The notes: generated by a model from the sequence alone, not told the origin. Positions 36,646 to 49,936 are shown, numbered from the stretch's first letter. The stretch: DNA of 64,000 bases from Eledone cirrhosa (GCA_964016885.1 OZ024744.1:58652001-58716000); one strand, 5' to 3'. Translations and numbers: made by a program.

Positions 36646-37235
36646 GGTCTAAGCGGACGTATTTTGCTCGCTCACAGTAAGTCGCTTTATTTGCCTGTTT
36701 AAATTATTTGTTGTTAAATATTTCTTGTTGTGTAAGGGATATAAGCCCTTAGACTTTGCCCCGTGAAGGGGAAAGTATAATATTTGGGCCTTTTGGCCCA
36801 AATATTTGAACTTTTTTTTACATGTTAAAAAATTTACGAAGAAAAAAAAAACATGGCTGAGCCTCGCCCCCCAGCGATATGTCGGCTGTCGTGCGACAAC
36901 GACGTAGAAGTTGAGAGGAGCGCTACAGCGAAATTAACACACATTGATAACACAAACACCACCACAAACAAGGTAAACAAAGACACCAATGATACCAATA
37001 AGAACTCTAATTTTGAAAAAAATGACAGTAACAGCGACAACGAAAATACAGATAACAACAAAAAAAATAACAAATACAACAACAATATCAACACCACTAA
37101 CATGAAAACAAATAGCGACAACACCAACAGCAACAATACCAACTGCACCGAGAACAACGGTGTCAACAAAGACAACAATGATAACAGCGACAGTGCTAAC
37201 AACAACACCAACAAGAACAACGACAACATACTGCA
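36646..37235 (+). mobile_element. Probable 5' end of a further Tx1-like family (D): structured 5'UTR plus Asn-rich ORF1 start
   Basis: Starts directly after (TTA)n. ~205-nt leader with hairpins, aaaaacATGg at 36853, N/D/T-rich low-complexity frame like family A ORF1; truncated. Assigned by architecture only. Confidence 0.55.
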
Positions 37236-37239
37236 GCAG

Positions 37240-37370
37240 CTCCTGTAGTTCTTGTACTTAATTCAGCCTCCTGCCTTCCATCACTCGTGAACACGACCCC
37301 AAGATACTTGAACTTCTCCACCTACTTCTGTGGAACTCCATTCACATGCAGAATACACTGCGCAGGCTTC
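37240..37370 (-). mobile_element. RTE-like LINE fragment
   Basis: Minus strand reads VEKFKYLGVVFTSDGRQEAE. Confidence 0.6.
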
Positions 37371-37777
37371 AAGAAGACGAGTGTTTATAACAGATATCTA
37401 TGTTTGGAGCACACTTCCTGTAATTCTTTCTACGGGTGTGCCTTTCAAAAAGGGTCGACTTACAGATGATCAATTTGATGGGTCTCCAAGTTGTTTTTTT
37501 TTTGTTTTTTGTTGTTTTTTTCACAACTTTAATCCTTTAATTTGATAGATTTTCACTATTGGGTTTAAAATCTAGAAACATTATACTATCAAACCTATTG
37601 GTATTGTACCCTGTGGGTCTGGGCAGTCTGCAGTCAAGGGTCTCACAATGTTTAAAACATCCAACATTTTTTTTTTGTTATTATTATAAATAATATGCAA
37701 GAGCGCACGCGCGCACACATCACACACACACACACACACACACGCACACACACACACGCACACACGCACGCACACGC

Positions 37778-37869
<92 letters not shown>

Positions 37870-37974
37870 GCTATATATGAGGGTGTGGTAAGATACCAGG
37901 TGAATCATACTGTTCGGATCTAGCTGTCGAAACGGCCGGAGCTCAGCCGTCGGGGTCCTGACTCTTTTCCTATA

Positions 37975-38025
<51 letters not shown>

Positions 38026-38400
38026 ATAATAAATAATTGTGAAGACTAAAATCCGAAGAGGGCTCAATAAGGGTAAATATATATCAAATATATAAAAACC
38101 ACAGAGCAAATATTTATTAAAATAACAGAGGTAAAAGCAGCGATTATGCTTTTACAGAGCAGAGTATAATATCACATAAGAAACGGAGAAAAAACTCTGC
38201 TTCGAAGAATCGAGACGTATCTGAGGACCTTGTGATTTCAGAGTTAGGTTCGATCATTGCATCGATCGTGCCTCGAGCTGGTCGCCAGAGAAACGATTGT
38301 AATATGTCTAATAAATTTTATTCGTCGCACCACTGATTTTCCGTTTCTTATGTTATATATATATATATATTAGAATTAGTGCTCTGAAATAGCGATATAT

Positions 38401-38873
38401 ATATGAATGTATATATAGTGTATTTGCCAATATACCGTATGCTTAATTAAAAGCATTTTGAAGACCTTACGCTATTGTTTTAAAGTACTGACTATGTCAC
38501 TTACTTCTTTTTTCAACAAACAAAGGGAGATAAGCTGACAGATCTCTATTTCATACTGTTGGTATTCATCAGAGCTTAGCATTCCCCTTCGTCTGTTGAA
38601 AATTATGAATGTTTTTGCTGGACCGGCAACCGTTCTGCATAATCAGTTCCTGATTATTAATGGAATTCTATAAGAATCCAACATTTATAATTTTCAACAG
38701 ACGAAGGGGAGTGCTAAGCTCTGATGAATACCAACAGTATGAAACAGAGATTTGTCAGCTTATCTCCCTTTGTTTGTTGAAAAAAGAAGTAAGTGACATA
38801 GCGTAAGGTCTTCAAAATGCTTTTAATTAAGCATTCAGTGTATTGCCAAATACACTATAAATACATTCATATA
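38401..38873. repeat. Inverted repeat (~200-bp arms, ~65-nt spacer), Penelope-terminus-like, between AT-rich/(TA)n tracts
   Basis: Left arm ~38401-38613 is the reverse complement of ~38680-38873, with a few mismatches and one ~20-nt indel. Confidence 0.88.
38715..38762 (+). ncRNA. Minimal type I hammerhead ribozyme motif (mirror copy at 38531-38578 on -)
   Basis: taagct-CTGATGA-atac(caaca)gtat-GAAAC-agagattt-GTC-agctta: stems I and II and the core are intact. Confidence 0.8.
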
Positions 38874-38896
38874 AATATATACATATATATATATAT

Positions 38897-41388
38897 CTGA
38901 AAAGCGCGCCAAAGCCGGCTGCCAAATAAACTTCCTAAAACGATGCCTGAATAACAACATCATCCCCAAAACTATCAAAAACTTGCACCTACCAACATGC
39001 TTCAAATCACCAGGCCTCAAACGATCACTTAGCTACATACAAAAATTCTGCCTAAGAAAACTCATACAACACCTACACCGCACGCTACAACAACACATAC
39101 GGGCTATTTCCAGCCTTGTACCACAACTCGCTGAAACCCCAGAACCTCTGTCCAGAGTTATCTCCGCCGCTATAGACAGGTCATACCACCATCGCCGAGA
39201 CTACGAGAAAATACGCCTAACGCAAAAATTTCTCAAACTCAGCACGGCTAACCGTCTTAACAACATCCCAACTCTAAGCACTAACAGAGGCGAACAAGAC
39301 GGTACCAACACCGAACCTAGCGGCGCCCCGACCAACAACACACCTGACGCAAAACACCTCGTCACAGACTTGACAGGATCCCTCTTCCGAGAGGAATTAG
39401 ACCTCCTCAGCCTGGGTCCCAAGTTCATATTGAAACAGAGACTGTACGACAAATTATGGCTCGACATAGAAACGAATTTCTGTCGGGCTGCCTACCAACT
39501 AAATTGGATATCGACTCTCGGCAACAACACCACGGAATCTAACAAACCCAGATTCCCGATATACCAACTGGATCGCCCACTCTGTCCACCGCCTGCCAAC
39601 CCCGGGCTTGAAGAAAAACTCTCGAGGCTAAAACATTCCGTATTTAACATCTTACGGAAACAGAAGATAGCCCCAAACCTCTCCAGGACACAACGAGTCG
39701 CCCTGAAGAGCCTACGGAATAGGGAACTTATATACTTACCATCCGACAAAGGTAGAGTTTTGCGTCATCTCTCAAGCCAAATACAACAACCTAGCCTTTG
39801 AACACGTAAGCGACAATGAACTATATACAGAGATCGCGGACATGACTGCAGCCCAGATCGAAAAACTGACCAACTCCATCTGGTTCGACATCTGTAGGAG
39901 AAGACAACTCCCAAATAAAGTTAAGCTCAACTACACCACTAGAAATAGCAGACTGCCCACTTTCTACCACCTCATCAAGACCCACAAGAATAATACTAAG
40001 ACACAAATAAGACCCATCGTCTCTAGCATAGAAGGACCCCTATACAAAATTTCCTGGCTCCTCTCCCAGGTCCTCAAGCCTCTACTCTCCACTTTTCCCG
40101 GGCATGTCAGTAGCTCCGACGAAGTCATACGTAGACTACACAAACTCCAGCCAGAACAACTTAAACTAAACAGATACGCCTTTAGCCTCGACGTTGTCTC
40201 CCTCTACACTACTGTCCCCGCTCACCCAGCTGTCGATTTATTGACGGACTGCGTGGTCGCAGAGGACATCCACTGCTACGGCCTCCATCCAACGGACATA
40301 CACCAGCTTTTGTCCTTCACGGTAGACAAGACGTACTTCACCTTCCACCACCACACATACAGACAAACAACAGGATTACCCATGGGATCCAGCCTATCGG
40401 GCCTGCTGGCCATCACCTATATGAACCAGCTAGAATGCCGAGCCCTCAACACCTGCCATTCCCATACCTTCTTCACCCGATATATAGATGACATACTCAT
40501 CCTTACATCATCCCGTGAGGAGGCGGATAAAATATACACAACATTCTCCAGCATGGACGCCAGTATAAAGTTCAGCATGGAACACCCCGATGACCGCGGA
40601 TCCCTATCCCTACTGGACTTCCAACTCAGGGTAACAGAAGAAGGCAACATCCACACCTGCTTCTATAAAAAGCCGCAAGCAGGGACCTGTTCGTACATTT
40701 CAGATCGGCCCTCCCAGCCGGCGCTAAGTTCGGATACATAAGGAACGAACTAACACATATCCGGAACAAACGCACCGACGCTAGAGACCGAGACACACAT
40801 ACCACACATTTCCTGGAAGTACTCAAACTGAACGGATACACGACATCCACCACAAACCGTGCCAGAAAGAACAGAGGACACCACACCCGAGGTACTAACA
40901 CTTGCTTCCTGAAGCTCCCACACTTCAGTGACGAAACAACAACAGCCATCCGCAGAGCTATCAGACGAGAGGGACTAGATATCCAACTGGCCCACTCAGG
41001 TCCTTCTCTACGCGGACAGCTAACCAAAAGACACTCCACCAGACATGACAACTGCTGCAGACTAGCCAACTGCCCCATCAACGACACAGACCTATGCCAC
41101 CAGGCTTACGTCGTATACAGACTAGAGTGCGACAAATGTAGCAACTTCTACGTAGGTAGCACCACCAGACCACTTCACATAAGAATAAAAGAACACCTCA
41201 ATACTAACGCTTCCTCATTTAAGAAACACCTAGTTAAATGCAAAAACACCAACAAAACCATAACAGTTAGGATAGAAACCAATGAAAGAAACCTCGGCAA
41301 TCTTAGAATTAAGGAAGCACTAATTATAGACAAAACACAACCACCAATCAATAATAGACTAGAACTCAACACCCAATTTATAACTTGA
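38897..41388 (+). pseudogene. Penelope-like element RT plus GIY-YIG endonuclease, two frameshifts
   Basis: FLKRCLNNNIIPK, LLSLGPKF, PSDKG, LIKTHK, RPIVS, SLDVVSLYT, GLPMGSSLS, RYIDD, LLDF. After a frameshift near 40680: VVYRLECDKCSNFYVGST..RIKEH..LRIKEALII..PPIN, TGA at 41386-41388. Confidence 0.92.
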
Positions 41389-41427
41389 TAGAGCATCTAG
41401 CCCCATACTTACACCCCCCTCCCACAC

Positions 41428-41459
<32 letters not shown>

Positions 41460-41756
41460 GCTTACACCTCCATTTATTCTCTCTCACACACACACATACA
41501 CACACAAATACCAATTCTAACACGAGAGAACATCTATCCCCCACATTTACGTATAGACATATCTTCTCACACTCACACACACATACTTACAACTTCACGC
41601 ATTCTCCCACACACTTAAACCCCTTTTAAAGGGAGACTACTCTTTATCCTCCTAACCTTAACTCTTTGACATTAGAGATAGAACAGATACCCTATACCAT
41701 TTCCTGTCAGCATGACTTGGCAAGCTATTTAGAACACTGGATTAACAGCTTTACTT

Positions 41757-41793
41757 CCCTCTGAAGAAGAGATATTATCTCGAAAATTAAGGA
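41757..41793 (+). ncRNA. Candidate minimal hammerhead in the Penelope 3' region
   Basis: cct-CTGAAGA-a-gagat(att)atctc-GAAA-at-TA-agg; stem I is only 3 bp. Confidence 0.55.
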
Positions 41794-41961
41794 CATTTAA
41801 ATAAATCTATGGTAAAAGACTAATTGTCAACAATATCTTTTGCATTTGCCTTCTTTATTCTATGTCCATACCTGCATTGTCTTGGCTTTACAAATACAAA
41901 CGTTTATACCTCATTACACAATGCTTCAAGTGAACCATAACTTCCTCCATATATATATATA

Positions 41962-42780
41962 TAGTTAAATCTTAGACAGGAACAAAAACAGAGAGGCAGT
42001 ACAAATATTATTTTATTAGGTTCACGCTTTTGAGAGTGGGGGTTGGGGAACGACGTATCGGGCCCTTCATCAGGAGTAAAGTGGGTAGGAAGAGAGTTCC
42101 GAGGGTGTGTGGGCGAGTGGTGGAAAGACATTTAAAAAAAGAGAGGGAGAGAAAAGGGAGGAAAAACGATTTTAGAAGTACAAATAAAATAAAATAAACA
42201 TAAAAATAAACAAGTGATGGAAGGGTCTGGGGCGTGTAGGTGTGGTGGCGGGTGGAGTTGGGAGAGGGAGGCGAGGGGGTCCGAGCGGGGAGGGCTGAAG
42301 GTGGTGTTTGTGTATGTGTGTAGGTGTGCATGTGTGTGTATGTGAATGTGAGAGTTGGGGGAAGAACGAGGTTCCATGTTCAGGTAAAGGGTAACCGATG
42401 TGTACATGGGGTGGGGTGTAAGTCGGTGTGTGCGTGCGGATGGAGAGGGGTCAGAGGAGTGGGGAGGGGGCCGTGTGGATTCCGGAGGCTGAGTGTGTGC
42501 ATGTAGGGATACGCACGTGTGTGTTTGTGTTTATACGTGGTGTGGATGTAGGTGGCGTGGTTCGAAAACAAATGTGAGTGTTTGTTCGTGGATAAGTTCC
42601 TAAAGTAGTTCCGTGGAGTTTGCGATAAGATGTTGGATATTTCTCATGTTATAGAGTGGATAGCTGGAACGATGACCGGTGGTGTGGAATCCATTTGTGG
42701 TGGTGCGGAAGTGGAGAGATGTGGGGTGCACGCACAACAGGATGTGTGTTCGTGTGCGTGTGCACAGCCTCGCCTCCTAA
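41962..42780 (-). mobile_element. Probable decayed Penelope-like 3' fragment
   Basis: C/A-rich tail on the minus strand like that of the 38.9-41.9 kb element; degenerate hammerhead CTGATGA-agggccc-GATAC-GTC at ~42049-42072; (TA)n flanks. Confidence 0.45.
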
Positions 42781-42880
42781 CCCGTATTTTATATATATAT
42801 ATATGTGTGTGTGTATGTATATGTGTGTGTGTATATGTTAACGTGTGCTATACATGTATACACACATACACACGCACACG

Positions 42881-42934
<54 letters not shown>

Positions 42935-43052
42935 GAAGGTGGTGTGGTAAGGAACCAGGTGGACCATAACGCACCAGAGTACTCAATACTTAGGGTAGTA
43001 GAGTGGGTAATAGGAAAAACTTTTTCCATATATATATATGCATATCTTACCT

Positions 43053-43243
43053 GAGGCGGTGGATTGGCAGTATCGGTAGAGGGTCGACGCCATGCTTTCG
43101 AGCATAGTTACGTCCCTTTACGATCTGAGTTCAAATCCCGCCGAGGTTGACTTTGCCTTTCATCCTTACGGGGTCAATAAAATAAAGTACCAGTAATGCA
43201 CTGGGTAATTGCTGGCCTTGTGCCTAAAGTAGAAACAGTTATT
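43053..43243 (+). mobile_element. tRNA-derived SINE (same family as 4975-5162)
   Basis: Near-identical along its full length; A and B boxes present. Confidence 0.87.
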
Positions 43244-44221
43244 TCAGACACAATCACATAGTGATTTTTATTTTGTCTTTTGTTGTGTTTTTTTTATTTA
43301 TTTACATTAAAAGACATTAATGTCTGGGATTTGTTGGGGGGGGGGGGGTAATAAAAAAATTGAGGTCATGATAGCAACTTACAAGAGTAGAAAAAAGTTT
43401 TAAGTCTATTATGTAAATATGTCAAGGAACGAGGTACTCTTATATCTAAAGATTACAGTTATGCTTGACTTCTTCACTGATGTTTCTTGAAATTTTGATA
43501 CAAAACAATGATAGAAATAAATATATGAATAAATGAACAAAATCAACAAATAAGCTAATAAACAAATAAATAAACACATGAATGGATAAATAAATAAATA
43601 AATGAAATAGCTTCAAATTTTCACTGAAATATGAGAACATTCTGTAGAGGTAAACGATATGTGGAAATTACTTTTATTCAAATCCAATTTGTATATATGT
43701 GTGTATGTGTGCGTGTGTGTATATATATATATATACATACACTCACACACACACATCAAATATATACATATATATATAACATTGTCCAAGTGGTTCGGGA
43801 TGAAAATATGTTGGTGTTTGGTGTGTGTGTGTTGTCAAAGGAAATATTTCATTTTTATTTTATTTTACTTTGTATGTTTGTCTTGTTTGGGGGATGGTAA
43901 CGAAGTGAAAATATTTCGTCGGTTTTTTGTTTCTTTGCTTGTTTGTTTTTTGTTTGTTTGTTTTTTGTGTGTGTGTTTGGGGGTTTTTTTTTACTTTTAC
44001 GTAAGAACTACAAAATAAAACAAACTAAAACCAAAACCTATTACTTCTCCTTTACATATGAGTAAACAATTTGACAAATCTCCTTAAAAAGAGACGACGG
44101 ACATAGAGAAAGAGAATTCCTTTGAGAACATTATTTGTTAGTCAAGCACATAAATGTAAATGCGTTGTTACCAACAAGTTGTGATGTTTTTGTCAGCCCA
44201 GTGTATTTTTAAGTGTAAAGA

Positions 44222-44545
44222 CGAAGAATGATTTAGTGGTGAAGAGTACTCAACTCACGATTGTAAGGTCACGAGTTCGATTCCCGACGGTGCGTGTTAT
44301 TCTTGAGCAAGACACATTATTTCACGTTTATCCACTCTTCTCAGCTGACAAAAATAAACGAGCTGTGATTATAATTCAAATGACCAGTTTTGTCGCAAAT
44401 TCTGTGTAACATTGAATCTCCTTCGTGAGAACTACTTTACAGGTACGCATGTTTGTGGAATGTTCAAACATTTGCATGTTAATTTCACAAGCAGGTTGAT
44501 TCGTTGTTCGAACAACTGGGTCAGTCGTCGTCGGAACCAACAACA
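44222..44545 (+). mobile_element. Second tRNA-derived SINE family, decayed
   Basis: B-box gagttcgattccc followed by cttgagcaagacac..tatttcacgtt, shared with 47688-47805. Confidence 0.7.
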
Positions 44546-44599
44546 ATATTTTCAAGTATCAGAAGTAGTGAAGAAGCAGATGTCTCATCTGTGACGCCA

Positions 44600-45335
44600 C
44601 AATCAGTGAATCTTTTGCTCTTTCCCACATCATGGCCGTGTTAAATGTGGGGCTCTCTGCTTCCGTTGCTGATCGGAATATAATTCGGAAATACCTGAAT
44701 TTATCCAGTAATTATATTTTCCAACGTGTGGCGTTGGTAATCCTCTGCTGCCTTCATATCCGCGCTCGCTGCCTCGCCATGCCTGACAACGGGGTGAATG
44801 CCGGTCGTTTTTTTTTATTCTCACACCAGCCCCGACTGATGCCTCGTCCGTCGAAGTGCCTAAGGTCTGCTGCAACAAATCATCGTAATCAGCTCGTGCA
44901 TTCTAGCAGATTATAGCTTCAGTCACGGTATCTCCTGCGAGCTGCTTCTCTGTCAACCACGCCATCAACAGCTTTTCCATATTTTCAGGGATAGACGTCC
45001 GTTGTTTAGAAATTATTTTATCGCCTTCAGTATGATGCAGATCGTAGAAGTGCTACGCTCGTACTGCTTCGCCAAGTCGACTACACGCACACCTCCGTCA
45101 TGTTTTTCGATAATTTCTTTCTTTAATTCAATGCACATCTTCTTCTCAGCCCTGTACTTTGCGCTCACTTTCTTCGGACCCATTGGGATGCTGGGCGGAT
45201 GTTACGGCGTTCACTGTTGCGTTCGCTGCGCCAACTATCGGTGGGGTATCTGAAGCTGGCTCGTAACCCGAAATTTAGCTCGCAACTCAAAGCAAAAATC
45301 GTTAATTAGGACACTTGTAAGTCAATGTACCACTG
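44600..45335 (-). mobile_element. Tigger/pogo-like DNA transposon 5' remnant
   Basis: TA|CAGTGGTAC terminus at 45335. ATG at 45183: MGPKKVS..IIEKHDGGVRVVDLAKQYERSTSTICIILK and WLTEKQLAGDTVTEAII (CENP-B/psq-like HTH). Confidence 0.75.
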
Positions 45336-45351
45336 TATATATGTATATATA

Positions 45352-47035
45352 AGAAAGAGCTGGACGATCATCAACGAGATCACAGGGGGGAAGAGAGGGA
45401 GTTAGAGTCAGATCCAAGGAACAGGGCCCGAGGATAGGAAGAGAAAATGGCTATGCCATTTTAAGACCCTACAAGGGGAGCCACCTTCCACAGCTCAGAA
45501 CACTGGGGGGATCAGACAGCTGTTTGAAGAACTGCATATTGAGACAGGGCCCTTCACCAGAGAGGAGTTTCAGAGAGCCAAGAAGATCAAGGATGGCAAG
45601 GCCCATGGAGAAGATGGAGTGGCATCAGAGGTAATGAAGAGGTGTGATTTCGATGATATCATCCTTGGGTTCTGTAACCAGGCACCGGAGAAAGGAGTTG
45701 CCCTGAATCAGTGGAGGATCAGTAACGTCGTCCCGGTGCAAAAGAAGGGAGATCTCTCTAATACCAACAACTACAGGGGGATCTCACTGACGTCACTTGT
45801 GGCAAAGACTCTCAACAGGATGATTTTTAACAGGATCCAGCCCGAGGTGGAGAAGAAGCTCAGGGACAACCAGAACGGCTTCAGAGAGGGAAGATCAACC
45901 ACCAGTCACATCCTGATGCTGGGTAGAAATTTAGAAGGAGCTAGAGCAAAAAGCCTTCCTGTTGTCATGGTTTTCATTGACTTCAGGAAGGCCTTTGATT
46001 CTGTGGACCGTCACTGCCCGATGAAGATCTTACAGGCTTATGGAATCCCAAAGAAAATGGTGGACATGATGTCAGTGCTCTACACTAACACCAAAGCCCA
46101 AGTCATTACACCTGACGGGATGACGGAGTTCTTTGAAATACTGGCTGAAGTGCTCCAGGGAGATACATTGGCTCCCTACCTTTTTATCATCGCAGTGGAC
46201 TATTGTATGCGCCTTACACTTGAGAAACACCAGGACTCGGTCTTTAGTGTAGCACTGGCTCAGAGCAAGAGAGTTAAGGCTAAAAAGATATCAGAAGCTG
46301 AATTTGCTAACGACATAGTTCTAGTGACAAACACAGTGAAGAAGGCAGAGGAGTTGATACAGGAGGTGGAGACTGTGTCGATGAGTGTGGGGTTGAGAAT
46401 GAATGAGATTAAGACAAAATATCTGGTACAGAATATTAACAAGCTAGAGAAGATTATGAATGTAGGCGGGAAGCCACTAGAGTTGGTTGAGGATTTCCTG
46501 TATCTGGGAACAAAGTTTGGAAACATAAAGCATGATGTGGAGGAGAGGAAGAGCAAAGCCTGGGCGGCGTGTCACAGTTTGAGGTCGCTGTGGAAGTCAG
46601 ACCTTCGTAAAGATCTGAAGATCCATCTCTTCGTCGGTACAGTGGAGTCTGTGCTGCTGTACGGGTCTGAGACTTGGACACTGACCAAGAGACTCACACA
46701 GTTGGTGGATGGGTGCTACACAAGAATGTTAAGGATTGCTCTGAACATTAATCAGTATACACTGAGGATGAAGAACTCAGAGCTGTACGGAAAGTTAGCT
46801 CAAAAGTAACACATAGGTGACTGAGGTTGGCTGGACATGTTCACCGACAATCAGAGTTGACACTGCACTCAGTGGTCCTGTGGGAGTTGACACTAGAAGA
46901 GGGAGACCGAGGTTGAATATATTGATGCCATAAGGACAGACACTGGTCTGTTGGAGACGCAGGACATGCTGGCGATGATGAAGGACAGACCACTGGAGAG
47001 AACTCGTCCATGGATCTCGGGAATTTTACCCGCCC
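45352..47035 (+). pseudogene. 5'-truncated RTE-clade LINE reverse transcriptase
   Basis: KKGDLSNTNNYRGISL, QNGFREGRST, FIDFRKAFDSV, VLQGDTLAPYLF, DFLYLG, VLLYGSETW. The catalytic motif has decayed to FAND. Confidence 0.88.
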
Positions 47036-47102
<67 letters not shown>

Positions 47103-47370
47103 ATATATACATTTTTTAACAATTTTCATCAAATCAACGCTCTGTTAATTTATTTTCGAAATGATGTTTCATTAAAAGCTGTTCATTTAGCTTCTGTTTA
47201 GAAGGATGTTGTTGTCAGGGTCATTTAGCTCCATGATACCATGATACACACGCGGTTGCTAGCCACCTTTTTCCCGTCTATAGGGGTCTTTTACCTGATT
47301 TTCTAAGCTATTACTAATAGCAATCGACTGTGTTTAGTTATTTTCAGCGTTTGAGATTTCTACATGTATA

Positions 47371-47489
<119 letters not shown>

Positions 47490-47687
47490 TACATGATCGT
47501 ATTTTTTTGGCTGTGTGAATGATTGTTTAAGCATCGTCTCAGTGTGTTGGTATTAAACGTTAGTTATAGCTCTGGTTCATCCGAACCGTTGAGCACTTTG
47601 CCGCACATTTCGAAGATTGTTTTTCGTTATTTCGTGGGCCGAAGTTCCGATTCTCGATAATTATTTGTATATATACATATATATATA

Positions 47688-47805
47688 AGGCGTGTGGCTG
47701 AGTGGTTAGAGAACTGGATTCACAATCTTGAGGTTGTGAGTTCGATTCCTGGACCGGGCGATGCGTTATGTCCTTGAGCAAGACACTTTATTTCACGTTG
47801 CTCCT
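47688..47805 (+). mobile_element. tRNA-derived SINE head
   Basis: A-box tggctgagtgg, B-box gagttcgattcc, then gtccttgagcaagacact. Confidence 0.75.
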
Positions 47806-47987
47806 TCTACCTGGAGTTGCGACCGATAGATAGTACTAGCAACTGGAAAGACCGACGGAAACATTGTTTCCTCGGTCCGATTTGATGAAAGTCGATCGAT
47901 CCTTTTATATACATATATATATATACATATATAAATTAATAAAATAATGAATAAACAAAGAAACAGTTCCTTATATTAAAAAAAATT

Positions 47988-48127
47988 CATCATTTTACGA
48001 TCGTTTCTAGGATATATATGTGTTAGAGTTGGTATGCATATTCTATAGATCTATGTACAATATTTATACAAACTATCAGAGGGAATATACATACCTACAC
48101 ATATATATGCTGTCTTCAGAAATAATG
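47988..48127 (-). ncRNA. Hammerhead ribozyme motif with ~105-nt extended stem II
   Basis: Minus strand: cattattt-CTGAAGA-[long imperfect hairpin: atatatatgtgt/acacatatatat, ggtatgtatattc/gaatatgcatacc]-GAAAC-gatc-GTA-aaatgatg. Confidence 0.72.
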
Positions 48128-48930
48128 ATATTTGTTTATTGATAAAAACAAAGATTCAATACAATAGGTCTGTTTGGGAACAGGTTTTGAATTGACCAAT
48201 CAGGAGATAGTGAGGGTCAAGATAGTAATATAGTAGTAGGAGAACCTTAAATTATGGGTAGAGGAAGGTAGATTTCAGTTTTGGATGGAAAAGAATATTA
48301 TGAATGAAGGATTATTTTAGGGAAGAAATAGGTCTTATGCTGACCTCAGAGATAATTTTATTTGTTCATTGAATAAAACCAACAAAGATCTAATATATTC
48401 TGTCTGTTTGGTAAGAGGTTTAGAATTAACCAATAGAAAGTTAATAATTGGCCAAATGGTAAAATGGTAGTAATTGAAGCTTATTTTAGGGGTGAAACTA
48501 GGTCAGGTGGTCAGTAAAAGGTATACAAGCAGTTGCTGTTATAAAATAGTAATGCCAATACAAATATCTAAGGTGACCAAAGTTTTAAGATAAGAATGTT
48601 AGTGAAAAAAATACACCTATGAAAAGAATATAAAATTAATTTAATTGATGGGTATATTTATATTGATAAAATTATACTAATACATATAGATATGATAAAT
48701 AAGAGTTAGATGCAGTTGAAAAGTGCTGTTAAAGATGAGGGGAAATTAAACGAATATAAAAATAATATATATATATATATACTTATATATATATATACAT
48801 ATATATACACATACACACATATATATACATATATACATACATATATACACACTCATATATATATATATATATATGTGTACATATATATACACACACATAC
48901 ACACATACATATATATATATACACACACAT

Positions 48931-48979
<49 letters not shown>

Positions 48980-49391
48980 CACACATACATACACACATAC
49001 ATACATACACATATATATACACACACACATACACACTTATATATACATATAATTATTGGGGGGGGGGGGGGGGGCATTACATTTATTAGTGAGAAATAGT
49101 AAATATATATATACATATATATATATGCATATATATATATAGTGAGAAATAGTAAATACATATATGCATATATATATAGTGAGAAATAGTAAATACATAT
49201 ATATATACATATATATATATATGCATATATATATATACATATATATATATACATATATATATATATATGTATATCGTTTATCGTTTTCGGTGCACCCGGC
49301 CGATTAACCCACTCGATATGCAAATTGGACTACTCACCCGTTAATATGCATAAGGTAAGTATATACGTTCAACAATCTGGCAGAAAGGTAT

Positions 49392-49434
49392 ACGTTGCTG
49401 ACGATAGCTAATAAGCTTGAAACTAGTACAGCGT
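49392..49434 (+). ncRNA. Minimal type I hammerhead ribozyme motif
   Basis: acgttg-CTGACGA-t-agct(aata)agct-t-GAAA-ctag-TA-cagcgt; palindromic stem III loop. Confidence 0.8.
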
Positions 49435-49936
49435 TCCTTTGTCAGTGTTGAACAAACGAGCAACGATGGTTGCTAGATACTATGGCTTAATACGGGATGT
49501 TTGTTTACAAACACACCGAGCATTATAATAGATGTTCGGTGAATCTATACGTACATATATATATGTGTGCATGTATATATATATATATACATACTACTGT
49601 ACGTCTGTATACATATATGTATGTACGTGTACATACTTATATTTAAGTAACAGCCGTACTAAGAGTGGGAAATGAAATTTCGTTTCATTTTTTCCGCTAA
49701 TATATATATACATATATATATACACACACATCTACATATATATATATGTGGGGGGGGTGTAAGTGTGTGTGTGTATGGGATATCAAGTTATGGTTATATG
49801 TAATGAAGTTAGAGGTTGTGAGTACTCTGTGTCGTAGATAGTTTTAACGTACAGCTTTGTTTGACTCAACGAGATGCTTCCATAGTTAGGCAGCGAGTTC
49901 GCGGTAATTCATATGCAAGTTATACTTGGAACAATA

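Noticed and set aside
49076-49200. Three short repeats tagtgagaaatagtaaata separated by (TA)-rich spacers
   Set aside because: The spacers are near-identical microsatellite; this is local slippage duplication.
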